Shown one piece after another: positions 1 through 10,960 of a stretch of 64,000 nt of DNA. The first letter of the stretch is position 1, and each line of letters opens with the position of its first letter. Where the stretch lies: contig SMSO01000004.1 in NCBI GenBank assembly GCA_004764695.1, positions 1,612,001-1,676,000 of the forward strand, in the 5' to 3' direction. The notes beneath the pieces are model-generated. The model searched no databases. It saw only the letters and a program-made list of their open reading frames with translations, and had not been told where the DNA came from. The translations under genes were made by a program, and so were the position numbers. The DNA comes from Schizochytrium sp. TIO01 (Eukaryota; Protista; Bigyra: Labyrinthulomycetes).

Positions 1-294
1 GGAGCGCAATTGGTTCTCAGCATGTATAGATGCTTGGCATTGCTGGCCCAATGTTTGTGCCATTGCCGGCGGGGGTGCACCAGGCTGGGGAGGTGGGGGG
101 GGCATTGGAGCAGGGGGACCTCCGTGGTGATGGTGCCCATGGGAAGGAGGTCCCACCGGAGCTTGGATCTCAAGCTCCATGCCAGAGTAGACCCCAGCCG
201 GGCAGGTTACTCGCATCTTTTGCCCACTCACATTCACGAGAAAGCTCTGGCCAGGGCCTACGCCGAGGGGAACAGTAACACGGTATCTCTGCAT
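1..294 (-). CDS. 5' part of a gene running off the window edge: N-terminal VPxG-repeat module followed by a His/Pro-rich linker
   Basis: Hand-translated; it is missing from the ORF track because no stop lies inside the window. ATG at 294 gives MQRYRVTVPLGVGPGQSFLVNVSGQKMRVTCPAGVYSGMELEIQAPVGPPSHGHHHHGGPPAPMPPPPPQPGAPPPAM..., open to base 1. Confidence 0.75.
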   Translation of the reverse strand, partial: MQRYRVTVPLGVGPGQSFLVNVSGQKMRVTCPAGVYSGMELEIQAPVGPPSHGHHHHGGPPAPMPPPPPQPGAPPPAMAQTLGQQCQASIHAENQLRS

Positions 295-2748
295 CTTAGT
301 TGCTCCTTTCCCTCGTTTCCAGATATCTTACTTGCACAAGCTACCCTAGGCAGGCTCAATGTCACAAAGCCTGCACTCGCAAGACTCCTCAACAATCAGA
401 TTTGGCTAAACTTGCCTCTTTTGGCAAAGATTTGTAGTAGGTCATGTCATCCCAAAAGTCAGCACATTCTATCTTTATCCGACTCTCTCTGCGCAACCCA
501 TTTTATTTTCCTGGATCTTCGTACCTTCTGGAGTAGCGCAAAAAGGAACAGAGAACAGAGAACGGCTCAGATAATTTGAAAATTGGGACAGAGTTTGAAA
601 TTATATTCGAAACTAAATTTGAAACGCAGAGCCGAGTGTCTTGAGGCCGAGGTGACACGAGCGAGAGTTTGTACACGCCAGCGTGCTAGGCTGACGAACC
701 AACCTTACTTGAAGGCGTGAAGGCGTGTGGCTATTTGCTTGACGTGCATAGACTGCCGGGCCCGAAAGAAAGTGGCCATTGGAATTGGCCAACTTTGGAA
801 GGGATTTGGACAGAGTTTGTGCTTGAAGACTATCTCTTTATCTATCGAAAGCGCACAAGAGACTTAAATTACAGCACAAAAATTAGCAACAGCTGTACAA
901 AGGTCACCGTTGATTTTCTGCTTCAGTTAATCTGCAGGAAAACTAGCCGACTCTAGGTCTGTAAAAATCCTAACCTCTGAGCTGGGTAGTGCTTTCAAAT
1001 CCTTCACGAAACGTTCTGCCTGGAGATCCAGAACTACGAGAATACCTTTAAGCACTGCATTGGTACGGTCTGCCCCGGCACCCAGCTTTCCACAGCCCGT
1101 TTTGCAAGTTTCGTGACCCTGTGATAGTCGCCAGGTCGAAGTAACTGTCTAGCGTTGATTTCTGGCCTTCGCTGCATGAATGTCGGTACGGTAAATCTGG
1201 GAAATCGTTGCTGCCGTCGGATCCTTGAACCCTACGCCGCATATTGTTTTCTTCAGTACCTCATTCAATCTACTTCTTGACTTTCCACGACAGTCTGGAG
1301 GCCACCCAGACTGGGTTACTATTGATTGCAGCAAGACTGCCAAACACGACTTGGCAAGCTCCGCCAACTCCTCTGGGGAGGAGACCGACGTCTTGAAACA
1401 GTCGCTCAGTGAGATTAATAGCACTTGCCTTCTCTACCTCGTCTCAGTCTCTCTTAATTTTTTGCAGCGTTTCGTCGCTTGAAACTGTCTAACCCAGTAC
1501 GAAGCAGCTAAAGAAGGTTACTCTGTATTCGCGATTGCAGCTGGGCACTGTCGCAAAAACTGGCGTATCCCGTGGTGCTGACAGAACTACTATACCCATC
1601 CTGCACAAACCAATTGAAGGTTCAAGGTCTCATTTGGTGTTGGGACGAAGAAAAGTCGCGGGTTACCTACGGACTCATTCTCTGTCTATTGTAGGGTCTT
1701 ACCTCCAGCTTTGACGACGAGGGTTGCAGACGCTTGAGTTGCATCACTTCGTGAGACGGAGGCTTGGACTTTTATCGCTACGCGAATTGCTCATCGTTGT
1801 GTTCTGAGAGTCGCAAAACAGTATCCCCCACTGATCTATAGCAGCATCCAAAATCGTTCATTAGTGTCACCGCGCATTTCTCGGGCGAGTCACAAAGCGC
1901 ATCCTGCCAGTGCCAAAGTTCTTTGCGTCGCCTCGTCACCTAAAGAAGTTTACGATAGCTGCGACCTAACAGCCCCTACTTGACAAGATTTCAGAATTAA
2001 AACCAAACAAAAAAAAAACCACAATAACATTTGCAAAGGCTAAATACCTATTGTACTGGGATTGCGTAATTTACTAGTCTAGGTGCCTAAAGTACCAGTT
2101 ACCAACTGTATTCAATCTCTGCCAGCTGAGCGGTAGATTCTGTAAATAGCAAACCTGATCGCTCCAGCAGCAGCGACTTCTGGCCATACGCTATCACGCG
2201 CGAAGCGTTCTGCGGACTAGCACTCGTGGATTCCAATTTATTGGTAGCGTCAAGGCTTGCTCAGGCTTCAAATTGAACTTTTCCTCGCAGAAACGAATCC
2301 CTCTCCGCCAGTTTCATTGGGCCGCCATATTAAAAAAAAAAAAAACAGAAGAAAAAAGGAAAAAAACAAAACAAAAAAACATCTCTTTTAAAAATAAGTC
2401 GGCAGCAGGAACACACACCGAACACTGGTGTAGCTGCTCTTCAGTTTTTACGAGGCAGCCGGCACACTGGAGAGACATTGATATAAATCTCTTCAAGAGG
2501 TACTCCCTGGACCCCTACTTTTAAATCTCTTGTTGGGATTTTATCATTGTTTTTGCATCCACTGTTCTTCACGGGAACAGGTCTCTCTGTATCATCGTCC
2601 TCAGGGAATCTGAAAAAGCCTATCGAGACAACTCACGTGTGTCTCCCCTGGTGCCTTGGGAGGGAGAAAAAGGTTTTCTATTGAGCCCCAAAGAAATCCA
2701 TCTTTAAACTCATCAATTTACTTATCTTCGCGACTATATACTACGACG

Positions 2749-4695
2749 ATGGTGGCATCTGATGACGACAAAATGAGTATTTCCCGTGGTGGAACCATCA
2801 ATGATGATAGCAATCATGTCAGCTACTTTGGGAAGTCAGAGAACGCGAGTTTTTCCAGTGCTCCAGACTCGGGGACAAAAAATAGGAGCCAATTCTTTTC
2901 TACCACATCAACTAACAATAGCAATAATAGTAATAGTAGTTCGAAGATGACTGCCCAAGAAAGTGACACTGCTAGTACCACTTCAGGAGCTAACCCAGGC
3001 AAAATCGAAACACAGCAACACCTACATCTGGGCGAGTCAGCTACCACTAACAAAGAACGTAGCTTGATAACATCACGGCATTCACGGGGCACAACACAAG
3101 AGGAAGCCTGCTTAGGAGGAAAGGAAACGGGCAAAGAAGAAACGTCAGAACCTGTTACAACAAAAAAAGCACCAAAAGAATTTGTTAGCACGTCTCAAAA
3201 CAAACTGGAACCCAGTCACAAGGAACAACAACAACAACAACAACAAGATCACCGTAAAGATCCTGTAGCTCTAGAGAAGGCAATTTCAAGGAACAACAAT
3301 ACTGCAACTCACCGAACGAAAGCCACCGGATCATCAAACGACGTGGATGAAGAGACACTTAAGTTAACGCCGAGACCACCGCATCGGTTCGCAACCTCTA
3401 GCGCTTTGATAATCGCATCATCCGCTTCAAGCCTGACATCGTCATCGTTCAAACAACAAGGCCTGAGCTTCGGAGCCAATAAGCAAGGTGTCGGCAAACT
3501 AGCTAACTTTGTAGGTGTTGGAAAACCTTGCGAAGGTAGATCAGACATCACCAACGAGTCTAGTTCAAAGAGTGGCTTTGTTTTGCCACAAGTATCTGCA
3601 AAATTGAGTTCTATATCTCAAGCTGGCAAAAAGGTTTGTTCCTCAGCTAGCGTGCTTGCGAATAAGATTGTCAGTTCGGAGAATACTTTTTCTAAGATGG
3701 CATATTCAGGCTCACCACGCAAGCGTTCATTTCTTGGTGAGGGCTCATCACCTACATCTACTTCTCCCTCTTCCTTGAGGTCAACCAATGCAACTTCTGC
3801 TCTCAGTGAACCTGCGAGTTTGGACCAGACCACGTCTGCGGGTGCAGCAGTATCCTCAGAACAACACCGGTCCGAAACTCCCCCCTCGACGCCTAAGCGA
3901 GGTGATTCTACGTCAAAGACACTATCTATGGCGCCAGACAATTTGGCCAAGAAACAAATGGTAGCGCATACCCCAAAGCGAATTCGTAGGGACTTCTCGC
4001 CATCAGCACCTGAGCATGAGTCCTCACAGAGCGGGTTTCTCCGCACAGTTTCTGGATCTCACGAGTTCCCTCGCCGGTCAATTATTCCTATTACTGACGA
4101 AGAGCAGAATGAAAGCCATAACTTCGCTAATTATGAAGAGACCCGATTAGTTGAGCAAGCGGCAGATGCCAAAGGTAATTTTTCAAGGCAACAGCAAAGC
4201 CAGGACGAGTCAAGATACTTTGGGGCTGAGCCAAGCCAGCCTCACTTTGAAATTTCAATGGGTCAATACCATAGTTTCCTCGATGAGAATATGCTTGGGG
4301 ATGCTGAAATGCAAGACCAGAATAAGGAAAATGCACGGGATGGTATTAGCGATCAACGATCCTATGATTTCTTTGATATCAACAAGACTTGGGAACCGTC
4401 CCCTCGGCTCATCGGATCAAATGGAGACTTCCTGCCCGTTATTCGAACTGTGGATGGTCTATCGATGCAAATTCCTGTCATTGATGCTGTGCCGGAGTTC
4501 ACGGCTGATCCTCTCTACCAAGCGGTGCATGAACAGCTTGACAACCTAGTGGAGGGTTTGCGCGACCAGGCTAACACATCCAGAAATATTTCAGAGTCTG
4601 CGGCAGAACTCAGAGTGCAAACAGAAATTTTGGTGTCATCAAAGCAAGCTGCTGTTGGCCAAATCAAAACTCTTCTTGAGCAAGCAGGCCTCTGA
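2749..4695 (+). CDS. Hypothetical Ser/Thr-rich, largely disordered protein with a C-terminal coiled-coil-like helix
   Basis: ORF of about 650 codons. The track start at 2656 is TTG; the first ATG is 2749. Contains poly-Q, S/T-P-x-K/R motifs (SPRK, TPKR) and a heptad-like C-terminus (VHEQLDNLVEGLRDQ...). Confidence 0.75.
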   Translation: MVASDDDKMSISRGGTINDDSNHVSYFGKSENASFSSAPDSGTKNRSQFFSTTSTNNSNNSNSSSKMTAQESDTASTTSGANPGKIETQQHLHLGESATTNKERSLITSRHSRGTTQEEACLGGKETGKEETSEPVTTKKAPKEFVSTSQNKLEPSHKEQQQQQQQDHRKDPVALEKAISRNNNTATHRTKATGSSNDVDEETLKLTPRPPHRFATSSALIIASSASSLTSSSFKQQGLSFGANKQGVGKLANFVGVGKPCEGRSDITNESSSKSGFVLPQVSAKLSSISQAGKKVCSSASVLANKIVSSENTFSKMAYSGSPRKRSFLGEGSSPTSTSPSSLRSTNATSALSEPASLDQTTSAGAAVSSEQHRSETPPSTPKRGDSTSKTLSMAPDNLAKKQMVAHTPKRIRRDFSPSAPEHESSQSGFLRTVSGSHEFPRRSIIPITDEEQNESHNFANYEETRLVEQAADAKGNFSRQQQSQDESRYFGAEPSQPHFEISMGQYHSFLDENMLGDAEMQDQNKENARDGISDQRSYDFFDINKTWEPSPRLIGSNGDFLPVIRTVDGLSMQIPVIDAVPEFTADPLYQAVHEQLDNLVEGLRDQANTSRNISESAAELRVQTEILVSSKQAAVGQIKTLLEQAGL

Positions 4696-5016
4696 TACCA
4701 GCCAAATGCATGCATTTCAGATTAACCCAATTAGTCAGGGCCAACAGGTCTAATCCAGTTTACCTGCGCTGGGGCTACCGTACAATAATCGCCTGAATCT
4801 AAAAAATATGTATCTCATTCTGTATTTCACATCATTTTTAATGAAAATGTACTACCGAACTTTTTTCGTGTTTGTATGAGGAATGTCTCTTTTTCCTATT
4901 GAGACAGTTGGACATTTTGTAAACAATAATAGACATAAGACATAGAAGGCAATAAAGTAAAAGATAGACAAGATTCGTTTGTTTGCACAAATTTGTTTTT
5001 AGTTGTGCAGGAAGGG

Positions 5017-8000
5017 TTAGGGAGCCTTGTAATATTTTTGCTCAGCAGTATGAAACTCCTTAACAACATTGCTAACGTCTGCAGGCAAGCCTATGAGACG
5101 CCTAGACCTGTATCCATGGTCAGGAACATTTAAATCATCTTGAACACGCTGTGGAGCCTTGAAGATTGATAGGTCAGGGCGCCCTTTGGTAGAACGTGGC
5201 TTGTTCTTATTGTAGTACGGGCTAGTTGTGTCAAAATTGACTTCTGGTAGATCATCAAGGTTCAAAGTAGGCCTTGAACCTGCACAGGGGCTCCGCGCAG
5301 TCTTGATTGCACTTTTACGAATAGCAACCGGCTCGTTACGCTCCAGCTTTGCAGTGCTCCCAAAACCTACAGATTTCTTAACACGCTGGCTCGAGAATGA
5401 AGATTTGGCAGCCACATCTGCTTTAATTGGTGTCATAAACACTGAACCAGCTCCTGCAGAGGGCAAAGAAATGGGTGCATCGTTTCCAGCCGCACGCGGA
5501 TATGAGCGGAAGAGCGGTTGGACGAATTCTGGAGGGCGGTGATCATCAGCCAATGGCATGCCATCCCGTTTCCTGATTCTTTCCAAAGCTACTACAGCAT
5601 TAACATTCTCAAGCTCAGGAGGTTTCCATTGATTGCGCATTTCTTGCCGTTTGCGGGCCATTTCGCGCCGCTTCTTCATATCTGTTCCAGGATACTTTGG
5701 AATGTAAGAAAGTTTTGCATCACTCGGATCAACATCTGCCATACTTGCGACATCGTGTTCGATAGTACCTGACGAGTTGCGAATATCGAGAACTTCTGGG
5801 AGCTGCATGCGAACCTTTTCCTCGGCATATTTCTTGTCGCCAACTACACTTGCCTTGTCGCCAGCGCGCTCATAATCCGTCTGAAAATTACTCAATATTG
5901 TGTCTACAGCATTGTATACTCTGTCTGCTGCACCATCAGCTACCAATGTTACAACTGCCTCCACAACAGGAATATCGTCTGCGGGTGAGGGTTTTCCACC
6001 AGGTAAGTTAGCGCAGATACGAACGCCCAGGCTTCTCTTCTCTTCAGATCCTCCGAATGGCGAAGACAGGGAGGACCGTGACATCGGTGATCGGGATCCA
6101 GGCGACTGTGGGGCAATATGAAATGGACGACTACAGGTAAGGCCATCCATACCTCGAAAAATCCAAATTGCCTTACGACGAGGACGTTCCTCTGTAAAGG
6201 TAGGCTGCCATTTAGAAGAGGTAGGCCCAGCACTGGCTAGGACGACGCAGTCTGAAAATGCTAGACACACGCATCGCCTAATACATAATGCCTTACGGTT
6301 AGGAATCATGAGGAGTAGTTCTGCGCATTTTTCTTCAAGCTGGAAAGTCCTGCGTCTCACTCGTAGACTTGGATTTGTCAACCAGGTTACCAAACGCTTG
6401 TCCATTGCGGCATGCGCAGGAATCATTGCTGTGATGTGTGTGAGCGCTTCAGCACGCCGTTTTGCATCTTCTACGTTGCAATCAATTCGGTTCAATAGAT
6501 CAGTCACCATGGAGGATAACATCTCAAGACGCTGTTGCATAGCAGCATTACCCCCAGCTCGATTCAAGTCTGAAAGGCGATGGAAAGCCTGCTCGTAAAC
6601 ACAGAGTTGCTCCAAAGGACGTAGTAGCAAACTCTTTAGTAGAGTCCCGCCATCTTCCCCATTGGGGGTAGCACGCAAAAAATTAGCAAACCCAGCGACT
6701 TCACCTTGACGCACCTGAACAATTGCCATTGAGAGTGAACAGTTGACACCAAAATTAATGTAGGACTCAAAACGCTCAAATCTTTTCAAAAAAGCACTGA
6801 GAATCTCGCTTGCGTCGTGGCATCGGGCCAGTGCGTTTCCGAGGGCCTCGTGCAAACGGAACAAATCTTCAGCATTCAAACAAATGGCTTGAAGATCTCG
6901 CGGCGGAAGAAGGCATCGCCTGCGCATGGGTACTAAAAAGCTATTTACAAGTTGCTGCAAATCTTCAAGATACTTCGCTTCGCTTTCAAGCAAATTATCC
7001 AAAACCTTTTTCCTGTACTCCCTGGCCTTTTGTTCCGAAACCGCCATCAAAGCTGCAGAAGCAACAGTGGAGTCATCAGCAATCTCATCCGTAGTCTTAC
7101 GAGGCCGTGATCGTGAGCTGCTATGATTTTGCTTTCCATTAGTAGGTTCCCCCCGGGGTGCATCATTGTTATACGAATGGTTCATGGAGGAAGATGTTGG
7201 CGAGAAAGTAGCATCTTCACCTGCTGGACGGCCTCTTGAGGCAGGTGAGTAGACAGAGCTTTCATCTGCGATACGAGAAGCTTTAGCATTTTGGTTGATT
7301 GCAATTTTACTCTCTGTAGCTGCACTTTCAGCCTCTGTGCGAAGACGACGGATAGTCTTACTGCAGGCCTGCACAACAGCTTCCTTCTCGTCCAGTGCTG
7401 CGCACATGATTGAGCATTGTTTGGTACGCAGGTTGGCTTCAATACGCCAAGCATCGCATTTAAGTTGCAAAATCTCGGCTTGCAATTCCCGAACTCGCTC
7501 GTGAGCAGTCCTAGCTTCTGCCTGTAAGATCCCCTCACGTCGAGCTTCTTGTTTTCCTTCATCTTCATCGTCCTCTTCTTGCTGAACTTTGTGGTGTTGA
7601 GACCCGTTTGCACCAATCGATCTTTTCCAAGGTTGAGAGCTAGTGTTTCCATAGTCAGAAAGAGATTCGCTGCGTGTTGAAGAAGGAGGCGTAGCCGGAG
7701 TTTCTGGAGACATAAGGTGATCACTTCGCTTACTGTTGCTGCTATTGCTACTATGCGCTGAGTGAGGTACGGCGGTCGAGGAAGCTAGAGAGTCGATTGA
7801 GCGACGCACTTGCTGCATCCTTATCTCAGAAGTTTGCATGTTTTCTCTAAGAACACCTTCTTGCTCCTTAATGCGCATGACTTGCTCTGACAGAGAAGAT
7901 ACATTCGAGTCAAAGAATGATGACGAACCACCTTCGAATCCAGAGGTAGGCTCAAAAACTTTTGGTTGTCCGTCTTCATCAACCTCTTCAAGGCTCTCTA

Positions 8001-9696
8001 AGTAACCCAATGTGCGAAATGTACTTTGTACTTCTTTTGCGCAGCCTGAAAAATTATCCATTAATTCAGACCAGCTCATAACAACATGCATTGCAGCGCC
8101 TCGAAGGTCGTTACGTAGCTCTGCAATGCGTTCGTCAAGGGAAGCAAGTCGGCGAACAATGGCGGCATTCCCTGCTTCATCGAAGGCATCCTTATCCATC
8201 ATCAAACGCTCTGTGTAAAGCACCAAAAGATCCTGTGTTGACTCTAGCTTCTTGCGTAGAGCCGTCACAACGATTTGAATATGCTTTCTAACCGATGCAA
8301 TTTGTCTCAACTCACTTTGCTTAGCCTCCAGCTCCAGGGCAGCATCACCAAGCCCTTGTGGCAATACCCGGTGTTTAGCGGAGCGTTCATGCTTGAGCAT
8401 TGCTCGGTTTTGTTGACGTCGGTCCATGTTTTGCTGAAATTCCTCAAGTTCATTTTGTACATCTGACAGATCTGCTTTGGCATCTGCAAACTCCACATTT
8501 AAGGCACGAAGACGGAGCGTGGCTTCCTTGGCATTCTCTGCAATCTCCACCTCTACTTCGCGTAGAGCATCTGCCAAGTCCCCCGGAGGAAGAATAGGTC
8601 CACTAAGAGGTGAACGACTTATGAGTCCCCACAATTCTGCGACAGGGTCTGCCGCAGCATGCTGGGGCTTCCCCATAGAAGCTACCGATGAACTCATCTC
8701 TGCTTGAGTACCAGCTAAACTTGCCTCAGTTATAGACAAGAGAGATACTTCATCGTCGTAACGCCTCGCTGGTGACGCTGTGCCTTGGGACCTAGCCAAT
8801 TCTGTGTCTTCCTCTGGAATCTGTAATTTTCCTGGCCGTTTTTGATTGAGATGATTGTGCTGATTCTGTTGCGCCTTGTGATATGAACTTGGACCATCAA
8901 TCTTGAGAAACGCTAGCTCCTGTTGCAATCGGCTGGCTTGTTCCTCTGCGATGGCCCACTCAGATGTTTTTCGAGCGAGGAGCTGGGCGGTTGCCTCGAG
9001 TTCGGATTTGAGATCATGATTTTGAGCTTGCAGAGTTTGTACGGAGGCCCTCTCCGCTGCAACCTGACGCTCCATTCGCACCATTTTCTCCTTGAATTCC
9101 TGGTCCAGCCGAATTTGCTGCTCTGATGCCGTGGCATGAGCCGGCAAAGCCCGTCCGGCGCGTCCATTGCGCACGACCTCTGACTCGTCCAGCCAAACAA
9201 GGCTGCTACAGTGCTTCAAAATGAGATCTCCGACAGTGGGCAGGCCGCAAAATGGATTTCCCTTCACAAAGATTCTGAAGAGCCTTGAGCATGGTGCTAA
9301 GTTTGCAAATTCTTCAGGCACGCCAAGCTTGTTACTTCGCAGGTCGAGCCACTGCAAGTGTACAAGAAGGCCCATTTGCTCTGGAATGTGCTCGAGAAGA
9401 TTCCCACTCACGTCGAGCACGCGAATATTTTGCAAGCGACCTATTCCCTCAAGACGTCGTAGCCTATTGCGTGAAAGATCAAGCTCTTGGAGCTGTCGCA
9501 TTTTACGGAGACGGTCTGCATTCGAGAGCGCATGCCCGCTCAGATCCAGGCTCACCAAATTCTCGCAAACCTCGATGCCCTCCACATCTGTGAGACGTTC
9601 TTCAACCCCAAAATTATCCTTTGGATTTCCTAGACTGAGCCATCGCACGTTTCGAGGATCTCTCCCGCCGATGACTTCGTTGACTACACGGTCCAT
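5017..9696 (-). CDS. Centriolin-like LRR + coiled-coil protein fused to a DH (RhoGEF) domain and a probable PH domain
   Basis: SDS22-type LRRs (LQELDLSRNRLRRLEGI, LDVSGNLLEHIP, LDLRSNKL) with an LRR cap (GNPFC...LVWLD); LQQELAFLKID motif; long coiled coils; DH signature RKKVLDNLLESEAKYLEDL...LKSLLLRPLEQLCVY; beta-rich PH-like segment (CLAFSDCVVLA). First ATG is 9696 (track start is TTG). Confidence 0.85.
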   Translation of the reverse strand: MDRVVNEVIGGRDPRNVRWLSLGNPKDNFGVEERLTDVEGIEVCENLVSLDLSGHALSNADRLRKMRQLQELDLSRNRLRRLEGIGRLQNIRVLDVSGNLLEHIPEQMGLLVHLQWLDLRSNKLGVPEEFANLAPCSRLFRIFVKGNPFCGLPTVGDLILKHCSSLVWLDESEVVRNGRAGRALPAHATASEQQIRLDQEFKEKMVRMERQVAAERASVQTLQAQNHDLKSELEATAQLLARKTSEWAIAEEQASRLQQELAFLKIDGPSSYHKAQQNQHNHLNQKRPGKLQIPEEDTELARSQGTASPARRYDDEVSLLSITEASLAGTQAEMSSSVASMGKPQHAAADPVAELWGLISRSPLSGPILPPGDLADALREVEVEIAENAKEATLRLRALNVEFADAKADLSDVQNELEEFQQNMDRRQQNRAMLKHERSAKHRVLPQGLGDAALELEAKQSELRQIASVRKHIQIVVTALRKKLESTQDLLVLYTERLMMDKDAFDEAGNAAIVRRLASLDERIAELRNDLRGAAMHVVMSWSELMDNFSGCAKEVQSTFRTLGYLESLEEVDEDGQPKVFEPTSGFEGGSSSFFDSNVSSLSEQVMRIKEQEGVLRENMQTSEIRMQQVRRSIDSLASSTAVPHSAHSSNSSNSKRSDHLMSPETPATPPSSTRSESLSDYGNTSSQPWKRSIGANGSQHHKVQQEEDDEDEGKQEARREGILQAEARTAHERVRELQAEILQLKCDAWRIEANLRTKQCSIMCAALDEKEAVVQACSKTIRRLRTEAESAATESKIAINQNAKASRIADESSVYSPASRGRPAGEDATFSPTSSSMNHSYNNDAPRGEPTNGKQNHSSSRSRPRKTTDEIADDSTVASAALMAVSEQKAREYRKKVLDNLLESEAKYLEDLQQLVNSFLVPMRRRCLLPPRDLQAICLNAEDLFRLHEALGNALARCHDASEILSAFLKRFERFESYINFGVNCSLSMAIVQVRQGEVAGFANFLRATPNGEDGGTLLKSLLLRPLEQLCVYEQAFHRLSDLNRAGGNAAMQQRLEMLSSMVTDLLNRIDCNVEDAKRRAEALTHITAMIPAHAAMDKRLVTWLTNPSLRVRRRTFQLEEKCAELLLMIPNRKALCIRRCVCLAFSDCVVLASAGPTSSKWQPTFTEERPRRKAIWIFRGMDGLTCSRPFHIAPQSPGSRSPMSRSSLSSPFGGSEEKRSLGVRICANLPGGKPSPADDIPVVEAVVTLVADGAADRVYNAVDTILSNFQTDYERAGDKASVVGDKKYAEEKVRMQLPEVLDIRNSSGTIEHDVASMADVDPSDAKLSYIPKYPGTDMKKRREMARKRQEMRNQWKPPELENVNAVVALERIRKRDGMPLADDHRPPEFVQPLFRSYPRAAGNDAPISLPSAGAGSVFMTPIKADVAAKSSFSSQRVKKSVGFGSTAKLERNEPVAIRKSAIKTARSPCAGSRPTLNLDDLPEVNFDTTSPYYNKNKPRSTKGRPDLSIFKAPQRVQDDLNVPDHGYRSRRLIGLPADVSNVVKEFHTAEQKYYKAP

Positions 9697-10960
9697 GGCG
9701 TCAAGACCTGAGTTTGGGTCCAAACCGACGACACGCCTAAAACCGAAACGCGATTCTCCCCCAAAATAACGCTAGAGCTAAGTTCGTCGGTGCCCAAGTC
9801 AGACTTGAGCCTCTAAGCCCAGAGCCCCACGGGCAAATCTGAGTTTGTTTTCGCCTGAGCTCACCGTGGGCGAGTTCCTTCTTCAATTGTTACTCGCTTC
9901 GCATGTTTCTGTCTTCAAGTTGCTCTTTCATTTTAATTCATTACTAGTAGTAGTAGGTAATTCATCGTTATTGTGATTGGCCGTTTCGCTAGAGAAAAAA
10001 AAGGAATAGTACTGTTTTAGAGGACCATGAGTGTAATAGGTATGTAATGATAAAGTATTCCTAGGATTGGCTAGGATGGGAGATACAGCGCTAGTTGAAT
10101 CAATCATACAATGGTATCAGAAATGCTATGTGCTCGCGAGAGGGATGAAAGGTGCTTCTAAGAGAAAGGATCAAGAATCTTGATGCTTGGAGGATGCCCA
10201 TGCATAAGCTTCAGAGCTGAATTTGGGGTGGAGCTTGCTTGGAAAAGAAATGCTGAGTTCTAGAATAGGGGGTTACAATAATGCAGACATAGAACGCAAA
10301 GGCTGGGAGGCCGAAACGAGTAGTTGGGAAGCACAAGGCTAGCACGTGGAAGTGGGCAGAAGTTTTGAAGTGTTCATGGCCAGTTCACAATTTGTAAGGG
10401 TTAGGGAAATATGGACTCTTTTATGAATGCAAAATAGAAGATTAAAAAGAGTAAAAAAGTCTGATACAAACTGCAAAGTGCACTGACTTCAATTGCACTG
10501 GCCTCAGTGAAGAAAAGTCCACGCAGTTGGCATGCACATCTTGTATGTGCAAAGCACGATAAAATTTAGAGTTGCAATTGTTTTTTTCTGTTTTTCCATT
10601 TCTTTTTCTTTGTGAGCGTTACACTCAAGCTTGAGTGTGGGCGTTACGTTTAGCAAATCGCGAGCAAAGATCTAGGTGAGAGAAGACATGTGAGAATATG
10701 AGTCCTTCGATTCAAAACTATCTGGGTGTTTGAGCTGAAGAATGTCTGGACCATAACGTGTTGCTTCTTTATTTTGTGGAATGTAGTCTTCTTGCCTTAT
10801 ATGAGTCTGAGTATCTCACTCTGGCTAGAAAGAACATATCTGAATATTTTAGGTTGACGAAGCTTCAATTACATAGGAAACGTTGCCCAGACGAAAAAAT
10901 GACCATAACACATACCTACTTTGCTCTACAAATAATCACATAGATAATTTCAAGGAGTAT

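Noticed and set aside
10-579. 189-aa + strand ORF
   Set aside because: TTG start and no recognisable motif; it overlaps a more convincing minus-strand gene (1-294).
700-2000. Short ORFs suggesting a decayed gene
   Set aside because: No frame gave a recognisable or extended protein.
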